The position numbers were made by a program, and so were the translations under genes. The notes under the pieces were generated by a model. That model had not been told where the DNA came from. It was given only the letters and a program-made list of their open reading frames with translations, and searched no databases. A DNA stretch of 64,000 bases from Phoronis australis (Eukaryota > Animalia > Phoronida). The stretch spans positions 1 to 64,000 of the forward strand of contig NMRA01000275.1 in the NCBI GenBank assembly GCA_002633005.1. The letters run 5' to 3'. This document shows positions 13,061-27,113 of the stretch, in pieces (within the stretch, counting starts at the first letter, position 1; each line of letters starts with the position of its first letter).

Positions 13061-16000
13061 CTGAAAAAGACATTCTATTTATAAAACAGAAGCAAGACCA
13101 ACAAACCTGGACAACATGTAACAAGGTTTTAGAAACAATAATTTTTATCTCAATGCCAAAACCTGGACAACATGTTACAAGGTTTTACAAACAATTATTT
13201 TTATCTCAATGCCATCTTCATGCCATGAATAATACGCTTCCATAAAAAGTCACGCATTTCTAAAGATTTGTGTGACTTTTCACCTTTCCTCCTTATCAGA
13301 CCAGCTTTGACCGAGATCAAAGGGAGCACAGTGCCAGAGTCTGACTTAGTTGCGATGACTGCATTGTCTGGTGAGAACAAGACCTAATTAAGTGTAATTA
13401 CTTGACCATAAACTGTAGTAAACATCTATGCTTGTATATACTGGCAAATTTTCAAAATGCATTAACCAATTGTTTTTGTTGAAAACAAATACCACAGCTG
13501 TATTCAGACGAAAAAACAGCAAAGTTTCGATTATTCTTTTAATATACAACTAAGGTACATTAAAACATCTAAATAAACAACACACAGTAATTTTTAAAAC
13601 ATCACTTATAGCCATTGCATGCCGAACTACTTTACTCCAGGAGTAGTACACTAACCGGAAAACTAATATTCGTGGAAATGCGCCGATTTTGATCTTAGCT
13701 TAAAGTTGTGAGTGAACACCTGTGAAGAAAACTAAGATGGCTAGCTCTGTAGTCAACGAGAGAGTGCAAGCGGTGGATGAGGTTGGTCGGTGGGCAAGAG
13801 CTCTGATTTCATTTTTTAAGACTGAGGAAAAGCTAGAATAGTTATGTAGTTACTACAACCAAAACTGTCCAGAGGTTCCAAATCTTCAGTTTGGCTATCA
13901 CCATAATTGCACTTTTGTATATATTTAACGATTTGAGTTCTAATAGAGACTGAACTTGCACTAATGACACATGTAGTTTTGTTTGCTATGAAATGTTTGG
14001 TGTGGCTGTAATCTGAAAAATTCAGGGATGGGTTCACACTTAACTGACTTCTAACTTGTTTTGATACTTTGTTTAAACACAAAATTAAAAGACAGCAACC
14101 GAAACCGGTAAGAAAAAAACACAAGTAGACAGGAGTATTAAAATAAAGTATTGAAAACAGGTATGAAAAATATTCAAAACCAATGTTCCTTTGGGAAGTG
14201 GCCCTTTATCAAGATCGATGCAAATTAACTTTTTAGTCTTTTTGTAATGTTTAAAATATACCAAGTTAACACTTCTCTCCACATCCAAGGCTTTAACTCT
14301 GTCCAAATGCCAGAGAAAAACAATTTGGGGGTAATAATGACCACCATTGTTAAGAAAGTAGTGCTAGCTATTACCTTTCCACTTCATTAACTCAGACCTT
14401 CATCAATACAAAGGGTGCACTGAATAGGCATCATATAAGTTGTCTGGGGCTTAGGGAATCAGAGCCGTGACCAGTGTAAGTGAGAAATTCTCCACCTGTT
14501 GCAATGACTTGTCCTTTGAACAGCAAGATCAACAGCTACATAAAACACCACAACCCTACTCTGACTCAGTAGTATTTACCAACAATGCTGAATGTCCATC
14601 AGACACAAAATCTTACTGCTGCTATGCGGTGATCCCCAAGTCACATCAAAACTTGCAAGGCTCAACATTCACCACTCTGATGCTAGTCAAAGGGAGACAA
14701 TAGGTTTAATGACTGCAAAAACCATTGTTCGGATTGTTGTTGTTTTGTAAGATAGAACTTTTGAAATTATTAGCTTTAACAAGAGCCATAAAACAGCAAA
14801 ATCTGTTGCATTTTTGTAATTCCCAGTGTTGGGATTATAACTCTTAATAGGTCAACTTGAAATTGAGTCTATGGGGTGCCATGCCATACATGCAGAGATT
14901 GACAAATGAAATTCTGGTGAAGGTACAGAACAGTTCTCACAGGGGTTTGCCTATCGGAACACACGTCAATGTACTCTTTACTCTTTCCTCACTCTGTCAA
15001 ATAAAGAAAGGTTTTGAGTCATTTCACATCACCAGCCATACAGATGAGCACAGAAATAAGGGCAAAAGAATGCAAAATTGGCACTTATCACTCTAAAACC
15101 CCTGCCGATGCTGGACTTAAGCCAACAATACATTGCAAAAGCAAATTTCCTACAGATTCCAAAAATGTGGTCCAAAAGTACTATCAACCAACTAGATTTT
15201 ACAAATCTGGCTTGCATGAGGGTTACATGAAATCACGGCCAATTTCTCAGTTGCTACGCAGCAATGCACAATTGCAACACTGGGGCCACCATCTTGAAGA
15301 TTTAGAGTGCAGCTACAGCCAAGAAAGTGTACTTTTTTCATTCTCAGCATTTCAGACCACATTCAAAAGGCCTTATGTAGAATACCAAAAATGCCTCCAA
15401 GCCTGGCCTACCACTAAATTTTAATATTTTGGGAGTGCAACCATATTGAGACTGCTCAACAGAGATGGTGATCACTGCAAAAGGTACCCGCTCATCCAAA
15501 ACTTACCACAAACAGATGGCGCTTCTCATCAATCACGTGTCAATTTATCACTAAGGGGCCCAAACAATACTTCGTGCCAGAGAATTTTGAACCAGCACCT
15601 TGACCTATATTCTCATTTTGCTGCTGACATTAACCACAAGTCATGATACTTCATGAATGAGAAAGTGTATGGCCTGATGAGTGGCGAATTGGTGTGGAAA
15701 AGAAATCTTTGTGTCCGATGTTGAATGAACTCCTTGTCTAAAACTCCTTTCGTAATAACACAAGAATTAAGATGAAAGTGTTCAGATAATCTATGCTCAG
15801 TGTTGTGGTTGCTTGCCCTAAATGCTGGGGTAAACTATAGATTCAATGAATCTGACCATGGTGATCAGGCGACATATAAGTCGGTCAAATAAACCGATTT
15901 TTGCTCTTCAATCGTCTAGTTTTTTAGCGAACTTTAGTAATGGTCAGTGCTTCAGTTACAACGTTCACCCGATGAAGTCCATATAATAGATCATTTCACC

Positions 16001-16432
16001 ATGCCAAAATTAATCCTTTATGTCAAAAATGCATAAAGAGCTTTGATAATTCACTTTTAGCTGTTACATAATTCCTCGTAGTGGTGACCCATTCTGTCGG
16101 GTATTTTTCTGTGAGAAGTTTGTGCCACTACTAAACCTAACTGTGTGAGGTGAAATTCATCTTACAATTTGTAGCCTACAATGTTGCAATCCTTTGGGAA
16201 GCATGTGCCTTATGACTAAATTAGTACACCTCATTTTTTAACACAAAAACATATCTGCAAAAATGTGTTGATGAATCTACACTGGACAATGTTTTGCACC
16301 AGACGATATTTTCTTAACCACTCACAAAGGTTTTGAATAATTATTCATTGCAAGTGTCTGTGAACATGTACCACCATACTGCATGCGAAAAGATTCGAGG
16401 CTCGAAGTTGAAGTCCGCAAAAAACAACACTC

Positions 16433-17998
16433 TATAGACCTAATTCACGCCGACAGGAGGAGCGTTCCAAAACGAGGCCCACTACGATAGCTCCGTTGGC
16501 TTATCGGCATACTGGTTGTATTTCGCGTTGCTCGAATCCCTAAGGAAGTTGAGATTCGGAAGCGTACGTTCAGTCCTTCCCATACACCGCGACGAAGGAA
16601 AATATGGCTGTGTAAAATTTATAAATGTTTTCGAAAAGTTAGAACACGCATCTCAGTTGCCGAGCATCATAGCAACGGCCACAGAATCTTCGGCTAGCCA
16701 TGCTGTGTTCATGACTACGGATTGAAACATGATGCACTTTTCTTCCCAAGAAAGGACAGGGCCCTCAATTCCTCAATTTTGGGACTGGATATTGGCCCAG
16801 TAGGTCTCTCAAAAATATTGAAAAGTCCCCCGAAATTCCCTCCACAAGGCCTAAAAAACTCCCCTAGTGATTGAAACCTTCTCCCCGAAGTTCAAATCAC
16901 CTGTAACCACACAGGTGACAATTTGAAAGAGCACAAAATGTTACTTGAGACAGAGCCTGTGAGAGCATGCAACAGGACGGGGGTGCTGATCGGGAGGTAG
17001 ATTTTTGCCCCGCACTCGGCAAAAAAAATACGCTCTCAGAAGGCACAGGCACCTTTCCCCTCATGAACGAGACCCCTGAAGAAACAAGACAACTTTTCTT
17101 ACTCTGTTCAGTTAACTGAAATTGAGCTCTAAAACGAGGTTATGCTTTGGATGAATGAATTAGGTGTTTCAATTTTAAAATTCACTGGTCCGGATAGTTG
17201 AAACTTAACATATGAAATAGACGTCAGAATTATTAAAACCAGGATAGCAGAATTGATCGGTCAAATAATTACTTGTAAATGTGAGCAAGGGAGTGAATGA
17301 GAACCTGCATATAATGCGAAAGCGATGGCTCGGGCTGTGCTCGTTTTTAATTTTTTTTAATATAAAAATGGTCAAATAAATTTTATTTACAAACCTGGTT
17401 TTTTATTTTAATAAAAATATATTCAATAACATCAGTTATTCTTTCAGATGAATGACAAATCAACTGTTAGTCCCGGTAGTCTCTACCTCACCAGGACCTA
17501 GGCTTGATGTTAATATTCTTGATCAACAAATAAAACCAGATGTGACTAATTGCACATGAAAGCAAAATGCTATAAGCCACCACTGTCGAATATATCTTCA
17601 ACTCGTCAACAATACAAGCAGATGACTTGTAGAAAGCATTTTTATCAACAATTTACAAGAAGAAACGTAACCCTGTATTCAGCATAATACCTAATCCGTA
17701 ACACTACGATCGCCGTAGTTTGGTCATATCTACTTTTCATGTTTCGAACCTAGTTTTCCGAAAGGTAGGCACCGGGACAGTCTCTGGCCTTTCGTCAGAC
17801 AATTTTTTGATGCATTGACTTGTTCTCCGATGTAATTTTCTACGTCTGGGATTAATTATAGACACATTTTTAAGATTTAATATCCAGGTTGGACTCAAGA
17901 GACCGGCCATGTAACTCACGCAAGGTCAACTTTAGCTTGGTTTATCACAGTGAGCCTCGCTTTGGATTTTAATGTTCGCCGCGTGAATTAGGTCTATA
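16433..17998. mobile_element. Non-autonomous TIR DNA transposon (superfamily ambiguous: Academ/ISL2EU-like ends)
   Basis: Perfect 18-bp inverted ends TATAGACCTAATTCACGC (16433-16450) and GCGTGAATTAGGTCTATA (17981-17998); the TSD could be AT, TA or TATA. Confidence 0.65.
17736..17935 (-). mobile_element. Short retroposon-like fragment sharing a 3' motif with the adjacent LINE
   Basis: GGTAGGCACCGGGACAGTCTCTGGCCTT at ~17764-17791 is identical to ~18034-18061, followed on the minus strand by a GAAACA-type tail. Confidence 0.45.
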
Positions 17999-19155
17999 CA
18001 GTTTCTGTTTCTGTTTCTATTGTGACATCAGAGGGTAGGCACCGGGACAGTCTCTGGCCTTCCTTTTCCAGTATCGCACGCAATGTAAATTTGAAGATGC
18101 AACCAAGTTTGTGCTGGTTACACGCTCTTCGATCTTTTACCCTGATACGAGTTTTTGCTGCATCTCCATGTTGCCATCCTCGCTCTATGAGGCGCTTTGT
18201 TGCCCATCTCTCCTGCTGTTGTACAATCTCGGCATCTGTAAGCGATTCGCGCACTCTGGAGATTACATCTGCTGGTGCAAGGAGCAGGTCGGCAATTGGT
18301 TCTGCGATGCTTGCAAGCTCATCCGCCTTGACGTTGAATGAGATGCCACAGTGCCCTGGTATGTAAACACTGGTGAAGAGACCATTAATAGAGCTGAACA
18401 GAGGGATCCAGGAATCTTTCACATGACCAGTTTTTAGCCTGCTAATGAGGCTGAGGGAGTTTGTAAGTAGAAATAATCTGTCTGCAGGTGTTGTGTTCTG
18501 TGAGCGCAAGACTAGGGCGTCTTCATATGCTTCACATTCAGCTCTATAAAAGACGAGGATTTTCCAACCCGTGCTGTTGACCATTCGAAGAGGTGTTGAC
18601 CCTCACGAGTCCAAGCAACTGCTGCCCAAGCCGTAGTGTCATCTCTTAGTGAGCAGTGCGTTGCAACAATGATTGTGGGAGATTGTTCTTCAAGCCATTC
18701 CGATACAGTTGCTTGATTGATACAGTCAGCTCTTTCCTGCCAATGACGGCCTCCAATCTCCATGGTGTTGATGACAAAGTTTGTGGCTTTGGACCACTCT
18801 ATGCTGTTGATGTTCTCCACTGGACATACCTCTTCGACAAGCTCGCTAGCTCTGATAATCCGTGATTGAACAGTTTTCTGCCTCTGTGCAGTGTGCTCAT
18901 CCCTATGCTCTCTCAAGTCCAGGTACAGAGGATGAGAGTTGGCTGTAGCTGCCTTTAGAAATGCTTGGGCTGCTAGTGTCTTCTGTTTAGTACGGATGCT
19001 ATTGATACCTAACCAGTATTGGAGACTGTCTACAGGAGTGGGTCTAGCTGCACTGGTTACTATCCTCATGGCCTGGTTTTGAATCCCACAAATCACAGAA
19101 GTCGTTGCTTATAAGTTAGGCCTGTGACACACATACCGATAGAAGAGGTCTCGCG
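17999..19155 (-). mobile_element. 5'-truncated non-LTR retrotransposon with RNase H (I group/Ingi-like), frameshifted
   Basis: IQNQAMRIVTSAARPTP (post-RT region); RNase H motifs IVAT[H]CS, RAECEA, LTNSLS, YIPGHCGISFNVKADELA; (GAAACA)n 3' tail at 18000-18020. Confidence 0.85.
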
Positions 19156-20986
19156 ATTCGCCAATTATCAGGCTATTTTGAGAATGAAATGAAGCACGTT
19201 TTCCGTGTTTGTAGCTCAACTTTTTGGCCAAAATAATGATTTTACAATATATTTTTTAATTTCTAACTTTAAAATCTTCTTCCTCGTTCGTTTAGACTAA
19301 AAATCGGCGTATTTATTGAGGAACAAGCGAATTAATAATCTCTTTTGAATTTGAGTATTTTTGCTTGGTTGTGCGTACTTGCACACTGGGGGCTTGATTT
19401 ATACGTACGAATCCGCATTTTTTGTGTATGGTACACAGGTCTGGGACTTTGCCACCACACCAGCTTTTAAAGCGGCTGCTAAACCGGTCCCACTTTTCCG
19501 CCCCAGCGAGATTTTGGCAACTCATCAACCATAACATAATTTTAATTAGGTTGAAATACAATTACTATATTTTTTACATTATGCTTGAATTATACATGGT
19601 GATGTACATGTTAGGTTTTGTTCTCTCGAGATATTTTCTTTTTTCAGTGTCTCGTTAGCCAACAACCGTGAGTCCAGCAGACGGACTCCACGGCAGCTGA
19701 TGGTTCACCAAGTAGAAAAGGCTGTAATATTTTATGTACTATCAATACTAAGGCAAAAGAGAGCAGTTTCAATATATAATTATATATCCGTTTAATGATC
19801 TGAACATACGTAGGTACTGGTAGCAAATTGCTAGCATGCACTATAAACATGTTGGTGGCCATGATTAATAACAGCTGACAGTATAAACAAAGAGTGAAAC
19901 ACTGAGCTCGTCATGTTACAATGGCGGTGTGACGTTAGTAGTTGTAGAATGTGGGTCTAAGTGCTGGGTCAAGATTCAGTTCCCACAAGAGTGTTACATG
20001 ACTGTGAGCAGCGCTGCCTGTAAGTAAAGCGTCATTGCATCCAACGCCATCTGTTTGTGGTAAAGGTTTTGGATGAGCGGGTACCTTTTGCGTGGTCACT
20101 CATATTGAGGCCAGTATGTAATGCTTTACGTACATTGCAGGCCACTGTTGGCACTGCTTCTACAAAACACTAAAACCATTAACAAAAGCTGTAACAGCAA
20201 ACCCTTTGTTAATGAGAATCATCTCCCTGAAGATTCCAATGACATGCCAATGGGTTTCATTTCTTGTTATTTGGTCCTAAGACCCAAACAAGAAAGTGGT
20301 ATTTGCATGATTTACTTCAAAATGACATTGTTCTGAAAGCAAGACATTCAATGAAATGGTTTTGGCCGGGAGCCGTTATTGTCAAAACAAGCCTAAACGC
20401 TGTTCGTACTTTTATTCTCCATTATGTCAGCTGTTTCTATTGACTTGTTTTTGTCAAAGATGATAATTCCCCACCACCAAATGGAATTTTGAAGCTGAAA
20501 CCCTAACAATGTATTTGGGAATTCCCTGTTAAAGAAGTTGTAGCTGCATGGAATCTCAAAGCAAGTTTGTGATTTAAAGTGCCAGGTTCTTGTTTATGAA
20601 ACCGATAAGACTCAATCTCTTATAAGACAATTTCAGCACACAAAGTTGCTGGACGGTGGGAATAGGTCACGAAGACACAAACTTAAACACTGACTTTAAT
20701 TCACGGTCAAATGTTAAATCATGCAGCTACAAATTCATCTGGGGCAAATTTTGGCATTTCCAGCCATGAATTTTTGTCCAAAATGGTCACAATCGAGTCA
20801 CTGTGTTATGCAGTGAATAGCTACTGAAATTCAGGAAGGTGCTGCTGCCGTAATCTAATTAGCAATTGGCTTTTTATTGGATGTCCCACGTGAGACAGCA
20901 GAGGGAACGATGAAAAGCACATGCTTTGTTTTTCCATCGTGTGAACGTTACTCTGTTGCCTGTGCTCTACAACTTTACATTATGCT

Positions 20987-21093
20987 ATGGTGAGGCATGG
21001 TGTTTGTGATGGTGAGGCATGGTGTTTGTGATGGTGAGACATGGTGTTTGTGATGGTGAGGCGCGTTTGTGATGCTGAGACATGGTGTTTGTG
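20987..21093. repeat. Minisatellite, ~5 copies of a 22-bp unit (ATGGTGAGGCATGGTGTTTGTG)
   Basis: Head-to-tail units visible directly. Confidence 0.9.
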
Positions 21094-21966
21094 GTGGATG
21101 CAACAAAACTGCCCTTGTTGTCTATCCAAAGCAGAAGACCCTCACAAAGAAATGGCACAAATTTGTCAGTGACATCAGAATATGGGACAAGTCAAAGACT
21201 CAATTGCCAGGCTTGTGAATCCCTTGACATGTTACAATCACTTTGTCAAGTGTTGCTTTGATGAGAGAATTGTAGTAATTACTGAGATCACTCAACTCGG
21301 GAATCAAACCACTATTTATTTATTATTATTTGTTAATGTAATATTTACAATGAGGGTAGCCCCATCAGTTCACACTGCTTTCTTTCCATGGAGGCCCCTG
21401 ATAAACCCGGTAAGTGTCTAAACCATTTCGCTGTTTAGTGCAATGGGCCCAACCATGACGCCTGCGCTCGTCTGATGCACGGTAAATGATACCAGACCAC
21501 CTGCATTCTTTTTAACCAACACATAGCTAATAAGCAAATGCCCGTTAGCAGGTGGCAAACAGAGGATCATTCTACAATTCACCCAAAAAGTAGTTCACAA
21601 TTTTGAGCGTGCTGCTGCACCACTAGAAGGTTAGATTAATTTAATCAAAAAGTACAAATATGATTATTTTTCAGTTATGGTCTTATCACTACGCTAACAT
21701 ATTGAAAGTATGCAAATGGTGTTATTACATACCTTATACCTACCTCAAGCAGAGAGTTCTCCAAGGAATTTTGGCCACATTGAATACAGGCGCTGGGTTG
21801 TTTTCATGGTCATAATCATGTTCTTCGACAATTTGATGATCGGATCTGAAATTTTGTCCATTATAGCATGTATCATATTACACATACATGCAAAAACATC
21901 AAATTTTTCTGTACGCCTCCATGTGACACTGCGTCTCTCAATTTAAGTTTCTGTCTAAAGACAATA

Positions 21967-22080
21967 TACCGCACTCGTTCGGCTTACCGCCCATGTTCGG
22001 CTTACTGCCCACCCCCGAAATTTTCAATTTTTCATTTTTAAGCGCCCGTGCTTGGCTTACCGCCCACCCCCCATTTTTTA
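21967..22080. mobile_element. Tc1/mariner-type MITE end fragment
   Basis: TA|CCGCACTCGTTCGG start with repeated TTCGGCTTACCGCCC units, related to 27114-29283. Confidence 0.55.
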
Positions 22081-23449
22081 TGATCGAGACCTCCTTAAAA
22101 GTGTGTGCTTTTGTGAACGTTCGTCTTGCAAAACTAAGATTCCAAAACGTGCGTAACTTGCTTACCTTTCAATGACAATCAATCAAGTTTTAGTGAAACC
22201 GGGAACTTGCCTTACTATGGCGGTAAAATACCCATATTCTCATGCTAGATTAAGCGCAGAATTTCGTGTCAGCATGTACTGATCACTGAGACAGCACTTG
22301 TTGAATGTATTTCATTGCCATGGAAGAACCAACGAAGCGGTACTTGACAAGAATTTCAAGTCCATGGCCTACCTCTCTGGATTTCCCTGACAGTACACGA
22401 AACATCACCACCCTGAGCAATGAAACAAAAAACACGAGCACACGCGGCTGGTACCTGAACAACGATTTTGGAAACTCCACCAACATTATTTTGGATGCAT
22501 TGTTTTGAATGCAAGCAGATACGGGCCATTGTTTCATGTCTTTGTTAAACGAATGTTTTTAACGACTCACTCCCGACACCAAGGAAGCACCCAACCAAAA
22601 GTAACTGCGCAAGAAATTAACTTGTAATTAAGCGCAAGTCGAAAGTTCTATACACATCTGCGTGGTCAAAAACTTATTTTTTGAACTCTTGATTTGCTTG
22701 ACTTTTTACATGATGTGTTTTTGCTTCATTATTTTCGCAGCCGACTGACTACGTATCATGCGATTGTTGAGCACTTCGGCTTTGAAAAAATTTCTGGGAG
22801 GTCGGTGTTGGCTGTTCAACACAGAAAGAAACATACTATGTATATAAAGTGCTGCATTGTTCAAACTAGGTTCAAAGTATTTAGAAGAAAGACTGGCTGT
22901 CAATCATTAGCACGTTTGGTTGCCAAAGTAACTAGTGGCGGCATATCTTTACAAAATCACCTGCTTCCCGTAGCAGAACCTGATGATATAGTGTAGTCTT
23001 GTGTGATCTTATTTTTCTCTCAAGAAACTTGGCCTACTGAAGGCACGTCTATCTGTAAGAATACCTTAGTTCCAAGACATGACGAGCAGCGACCGAGGTA
23101 CGTAATGACCCAATCACGCTCGGGATCACGGCGCCATTGTATTGTGTGCACCAATTCCACTTCAGCTCATCGAAGTCCGTTACGGTGACGTATACTTAAT
23201 ATGCTTAGAGTCCGACGTCAGTGTAGCTACGTGAAGGTAAAATCGGTCCTTTGTGCAGTAAGCACGTACTCTTGACTTTTCAAAAATTTCAATTTTAACC
23301 GTCCATGCTCGGCTTTAAACGCCCAACCCGTTTTTTTAGATTCCCAATTTAAGTGCCCTGGGTGGTAACCCGGACAAGTACGATATTTCAACAAAATAAA
23401 AGAACTCGCAAACGACATGGTGTTATATTCCTCTACTGCCATCAAATTA

Positions 23450-24480
23450 CAAGGTAACTGGTATGCTAATTGGCAGAATTTTGCAAATCATGGAGCATGC
23501 AAGTGAACTTGAAGAAAACCAAGGTGATCCTTTTCAGAAATGGCAGTCCCCTTAAACAATATGAGAAATGGTTCTACAATGGAACTTTGGTCGATATGGT
23601 GATTCATTATACATACCTTGGACTGTTTATTACCCCCAAGAGTTTCATGGACCAAAGCCATTAAAACGTTATCTACTTAAGAAAAATAAAGCTGCCTCAG
23701 CAATTTGTTAATTAAAGTGAAGATGTTATGATCTACCTCTATCGAAAGCCTTTCACCTGTTGGATAAAATGGTTTACCCCTCCTTGTGTTATGGCACTCA
23801 GATATGGGGCTTAAAGGAGTATGAACAATTGGAAAATGTACACTTTAGAAGTCTACAGTTGTAGTTCTAACTTGGCAGTTACGGTAGAATGCGGTCGATT
23901 CCGACAGTTTGCTACATATTTTGTATCATGTATAAATATTGGTTCAAAATACTGGGGATGCCTAACAATAGCTGCACATGATATGCTTTTTCGGTCAGAC
24001 CTGATTGGAAGATCTTGTTATAATTGGGCAAGTTATTAAGTACACTTCCGTCTGTATATGGTTTTTCAGATGTATGGATTAATCAAGCACATTTTAACAG
24101 TTTTTCCTCAGCATGTCAGTGACTGTTATTTGCAAGGCTGGGAATCTGATATGGAATGTAATGCAAAACTGTCTTGCTATGTGGGGTTTAAAACAACGTA
24201 TTGTCTAGAGAATTACTTAAAAATAGTTAGTATCCCACGTTTTTATCCAGTCTCTGATTCAATTGCGATGCTCAAATCATTCATAACTTGTGGAAAGAGA
24301 TCGCCACACAAATATTCCCTATGAAAATAGGTTGTGTGAGTTATGTAGTTCGGGATGTGTAAAGGACAAATACTACCTTGTGTTAGTCTGCAAAGCACAC
24401 CAAGACTTTCGGGTTAAGTACTTATAAGTGATCAGTTTTGTCATTCTCCCACGACATCTAAATTTGAATCTCTCATGAGG
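23450..24480 (+). mobile_element. Degenerate RTEX-like LINE, C-terminal RT region
   Basis: FCKSWSMQVNLKKTKVILFRNG…WFYNG…YTYLG, ECGR, NWAS, YVGFKTTYCLENYL; many stops and frameshifts; homologous to 41405-42460. Confidence 0.8.
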
Positions 24481-26197
24481 ACGCCAGATACGTATCCTAC
24501 TTCTAAAATTCGACCATCATGCTCTATACTATCCAGTTTGTTACGCACCTGACAATATACTGTCTTGTATATGTTATATTTTGGGCCTATGGCCATATGT
24601 GAATATTTCAATAAATATCTATTAACTAATGTATAAAACATGCTATGAACTGGTTGTGCCATTTAATTAGATGAAACCTCAGAGGATTCAATAGACTTAC
24701 ATGCATGAGATTGGATGAATTATAGTGCACTTAGAAAATAGACCAATCATTAAAGGAATACAGCCACATAGCTTGTGACTTAACTGTTCTAATATAGGCC
24801 GAGTGCCTGTTAGACAGTAAACAGCCAGCACCATAACCATGATGTTTTAATCAGCTCTTTGTACAAGCTATAAGGACACACTTAGACGGATGCAATGAAT
24901 GAATGTGAATGTGTCCTTCTAGGTTGTAAACTTAAGTTACTACGACCTATTAGGCCACACCCACAGCACAAGTGATGATGTGATTGGCGCTACATTCTGT
25001 AAACAAAAGACGCGCGTAAAAAACTTACAGAACAGAAACAATGAGTTCTATCCCATTATTCAACATTCCAAGGTGGCCCACCAATCACTTCAAATGTGCG
25101 GTCACCATTTCATTGGGGTACGGAACCAAACATACACCCGAAAACACTTAAAATATTTTACATGTTCTTGCATCATCTTGCTTTTACAAGTGAGATTTCC
25201 TCGTTTCTACAGAACGCAGTCCTAAAGTTATCAGTGAGCTGGATGTCAGTAATCGACCGGTGATCCCAACAGCCCAGTTGGACTAAAGCAACTGCATAGT
25301 TAGCAGAAAGTTCCAGGTACGATCCCCACTTGGGACAGAGATCATTCAGACTTCTGTAACAGACCATGTGACTGGACCAACATAGTTAATTACGTTCACT
25401 ACAATGTCTGCACATCAACAACATCTTTAACTTTTAAGTTAGTGTTTAAGAAATATACCTCCATTATGGGTTTGATTGAAGTGCACTTCTTCTTTGTACA
25501 GCACAAACTCCACAACAGTGTTAATACGTGTCATGAAAGCCAATAAAACTCCTTTAGGTCATTCCTCTTGTGTTCCGCACACGGTGGCAGCACAAAACGG
25601 TATGTGACATGAAGTGTGCTGTCAGTGCCTGAAATGTTTAGACGTGTGTACCAAGTAACATGCATACTGAATTTAATTTCATTATAAGTAATTGATCGTC
25701 TCTATTTTTATATTTTTACAATGTAGACAGCTAGATAAAAAACTATCAGTATCTGCATCTAAGTTTGAAGCATGTTCCTGTACCTGAAGCAATTTAGTAA
25801 AACCTTGTGCAACTATTTTACTCATTACCAATACCTGCATCCCAATGTATTCTAAAAGCACAGAAACTTTTACAAGAACTGAATCTTTTTGCACTTATTG
25901 ATTATGTATCCCTGTGATTGAGAATTCCTGCAAGTTCTGTAGCCCCAATAAGCCGGCCTTGAAGATGCTTTTGTCAGACATCTGCGAGACTACTAAGATG
26001 TATTAATTGAATTAATAACCATTAGAGCATGGGTTGCAATACTGCCATTGACCAAGAGTAGTCAGACTTCAGTGGGAATTTTAATTGATTAAACAAATTG
26101 GTAACTCTTGAATAAGTTTCCCCAAAATTAATTCCACGAAATTTGATTGAACTCGGAATCTTGGCAAAATTTGTGTCTACTGCAAAAAAAATTATTA

Positions 26198-26980
26198 CCG
26201 TATTCACCATAATACTGAAGCACCCATGCCCCCATAAGCGCCCCCACACGTTTTCAGACTTTGCTAAAATAAGCGTACAGCCCACGAACGTGTATACATG
26301 CAATAAATGCCTTACCTACAGTTCTAAAATTCTACAGTAACGTCTTCAATTTATCAATAATATCCGACAGTCCAGAAAAAATCATTGTGGGCGGAATTTC
26401 TAAACCACAAGCCTCGCTGCTATGTCGACAATTAGCCATGACAGACTTAAAATTTCCGCAGTGCTTCAAAAAGAACGCAAAAGTTTTGCTGATCTTGCGA
26501 GGAGCGTATCCCATTCTGGTCGGGCCTTTCAGAACAGACGCAGCGTACTTGTGAACGGGATTGTATTATATCTTTCATGTACAGATCGTATCCCTCAATA
26601 GGAATCCAGATTTCTTTGTACACACGAAAACCGCGAATCGAAGACTAATAAAACTTGACCAGTGTTGAAGCACGTGGCCAAGAAGCACGCACTACATACA
26701 TGTAGGCCTGCTTAACTCTTGGCACATGAACTCTGATGACATGCACGCGCACGATAACTCGCCACACACTTGCAACTTCAAAACAAACTTCACGTGACGA
26801 CACATGTGTGTTTGTTCAGATTTTTCTCCTGTTGCGAGGTGCGATCTAGGGCAGATTTGGACTTAGTCTGCGGTTAATCCCAACTCCAACCAGGTTTCAA
26901 CCACTTTAGGTTACAATAAGCGCCCCACTTCCGAAATGAATTTTTCTAAGCGCCCTGGGTGCTTATTAGGGCGAATACGG
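26198..26980. mobile_element. Tc1/mariner-type non-autonomous element
   Basis: TA|CCGTATTC…GAATACGG|TA with subterminal TAAGCGCCC motifs at both ends. Confidence 0.8.
26332..26645 (-). pseudogene. HIRAN-like domain ORF (frameshifted) inside the mariner-type element
   Basis: SSIRGFRVYKEIWIP.EG..L / NPVHKYAASV…MGYAPRKISKTFAFFLKH.G…GLEIP. Confidence 0.7.
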
Positions 26981-27113
26981 TAGTAAAAAATAGTCTCAAT
27001 AAATACTGCAATAATTTCAGGCAATTTTCACATGGAAATGGCACCTTAATGTAGAATAGAATAGAATAGAATGTGCTTCATTCCAGACTTACATTTGTCC
27101 ATAATAGCTATTA

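Larger units (their letters stand above)
5362..15750 (+). repeat. Segmental duplication, copy 1
   Basis: Colinear with 43665-55770 from GTCAACACTCACCTACT to AAACTCCTTT; paired ORFs in the track are near-identical (6593/45024, 7051/45435, 8241/46638, 12515/48170, 14467/50073). Confidence 0.92.

Noticed and set aside
18022-18865. Plus-strand ORFs 18022-18366, 18111-18341 and 18656-18865
   Set aside because: Antisense shadows of the minus-strand LINE ORF.
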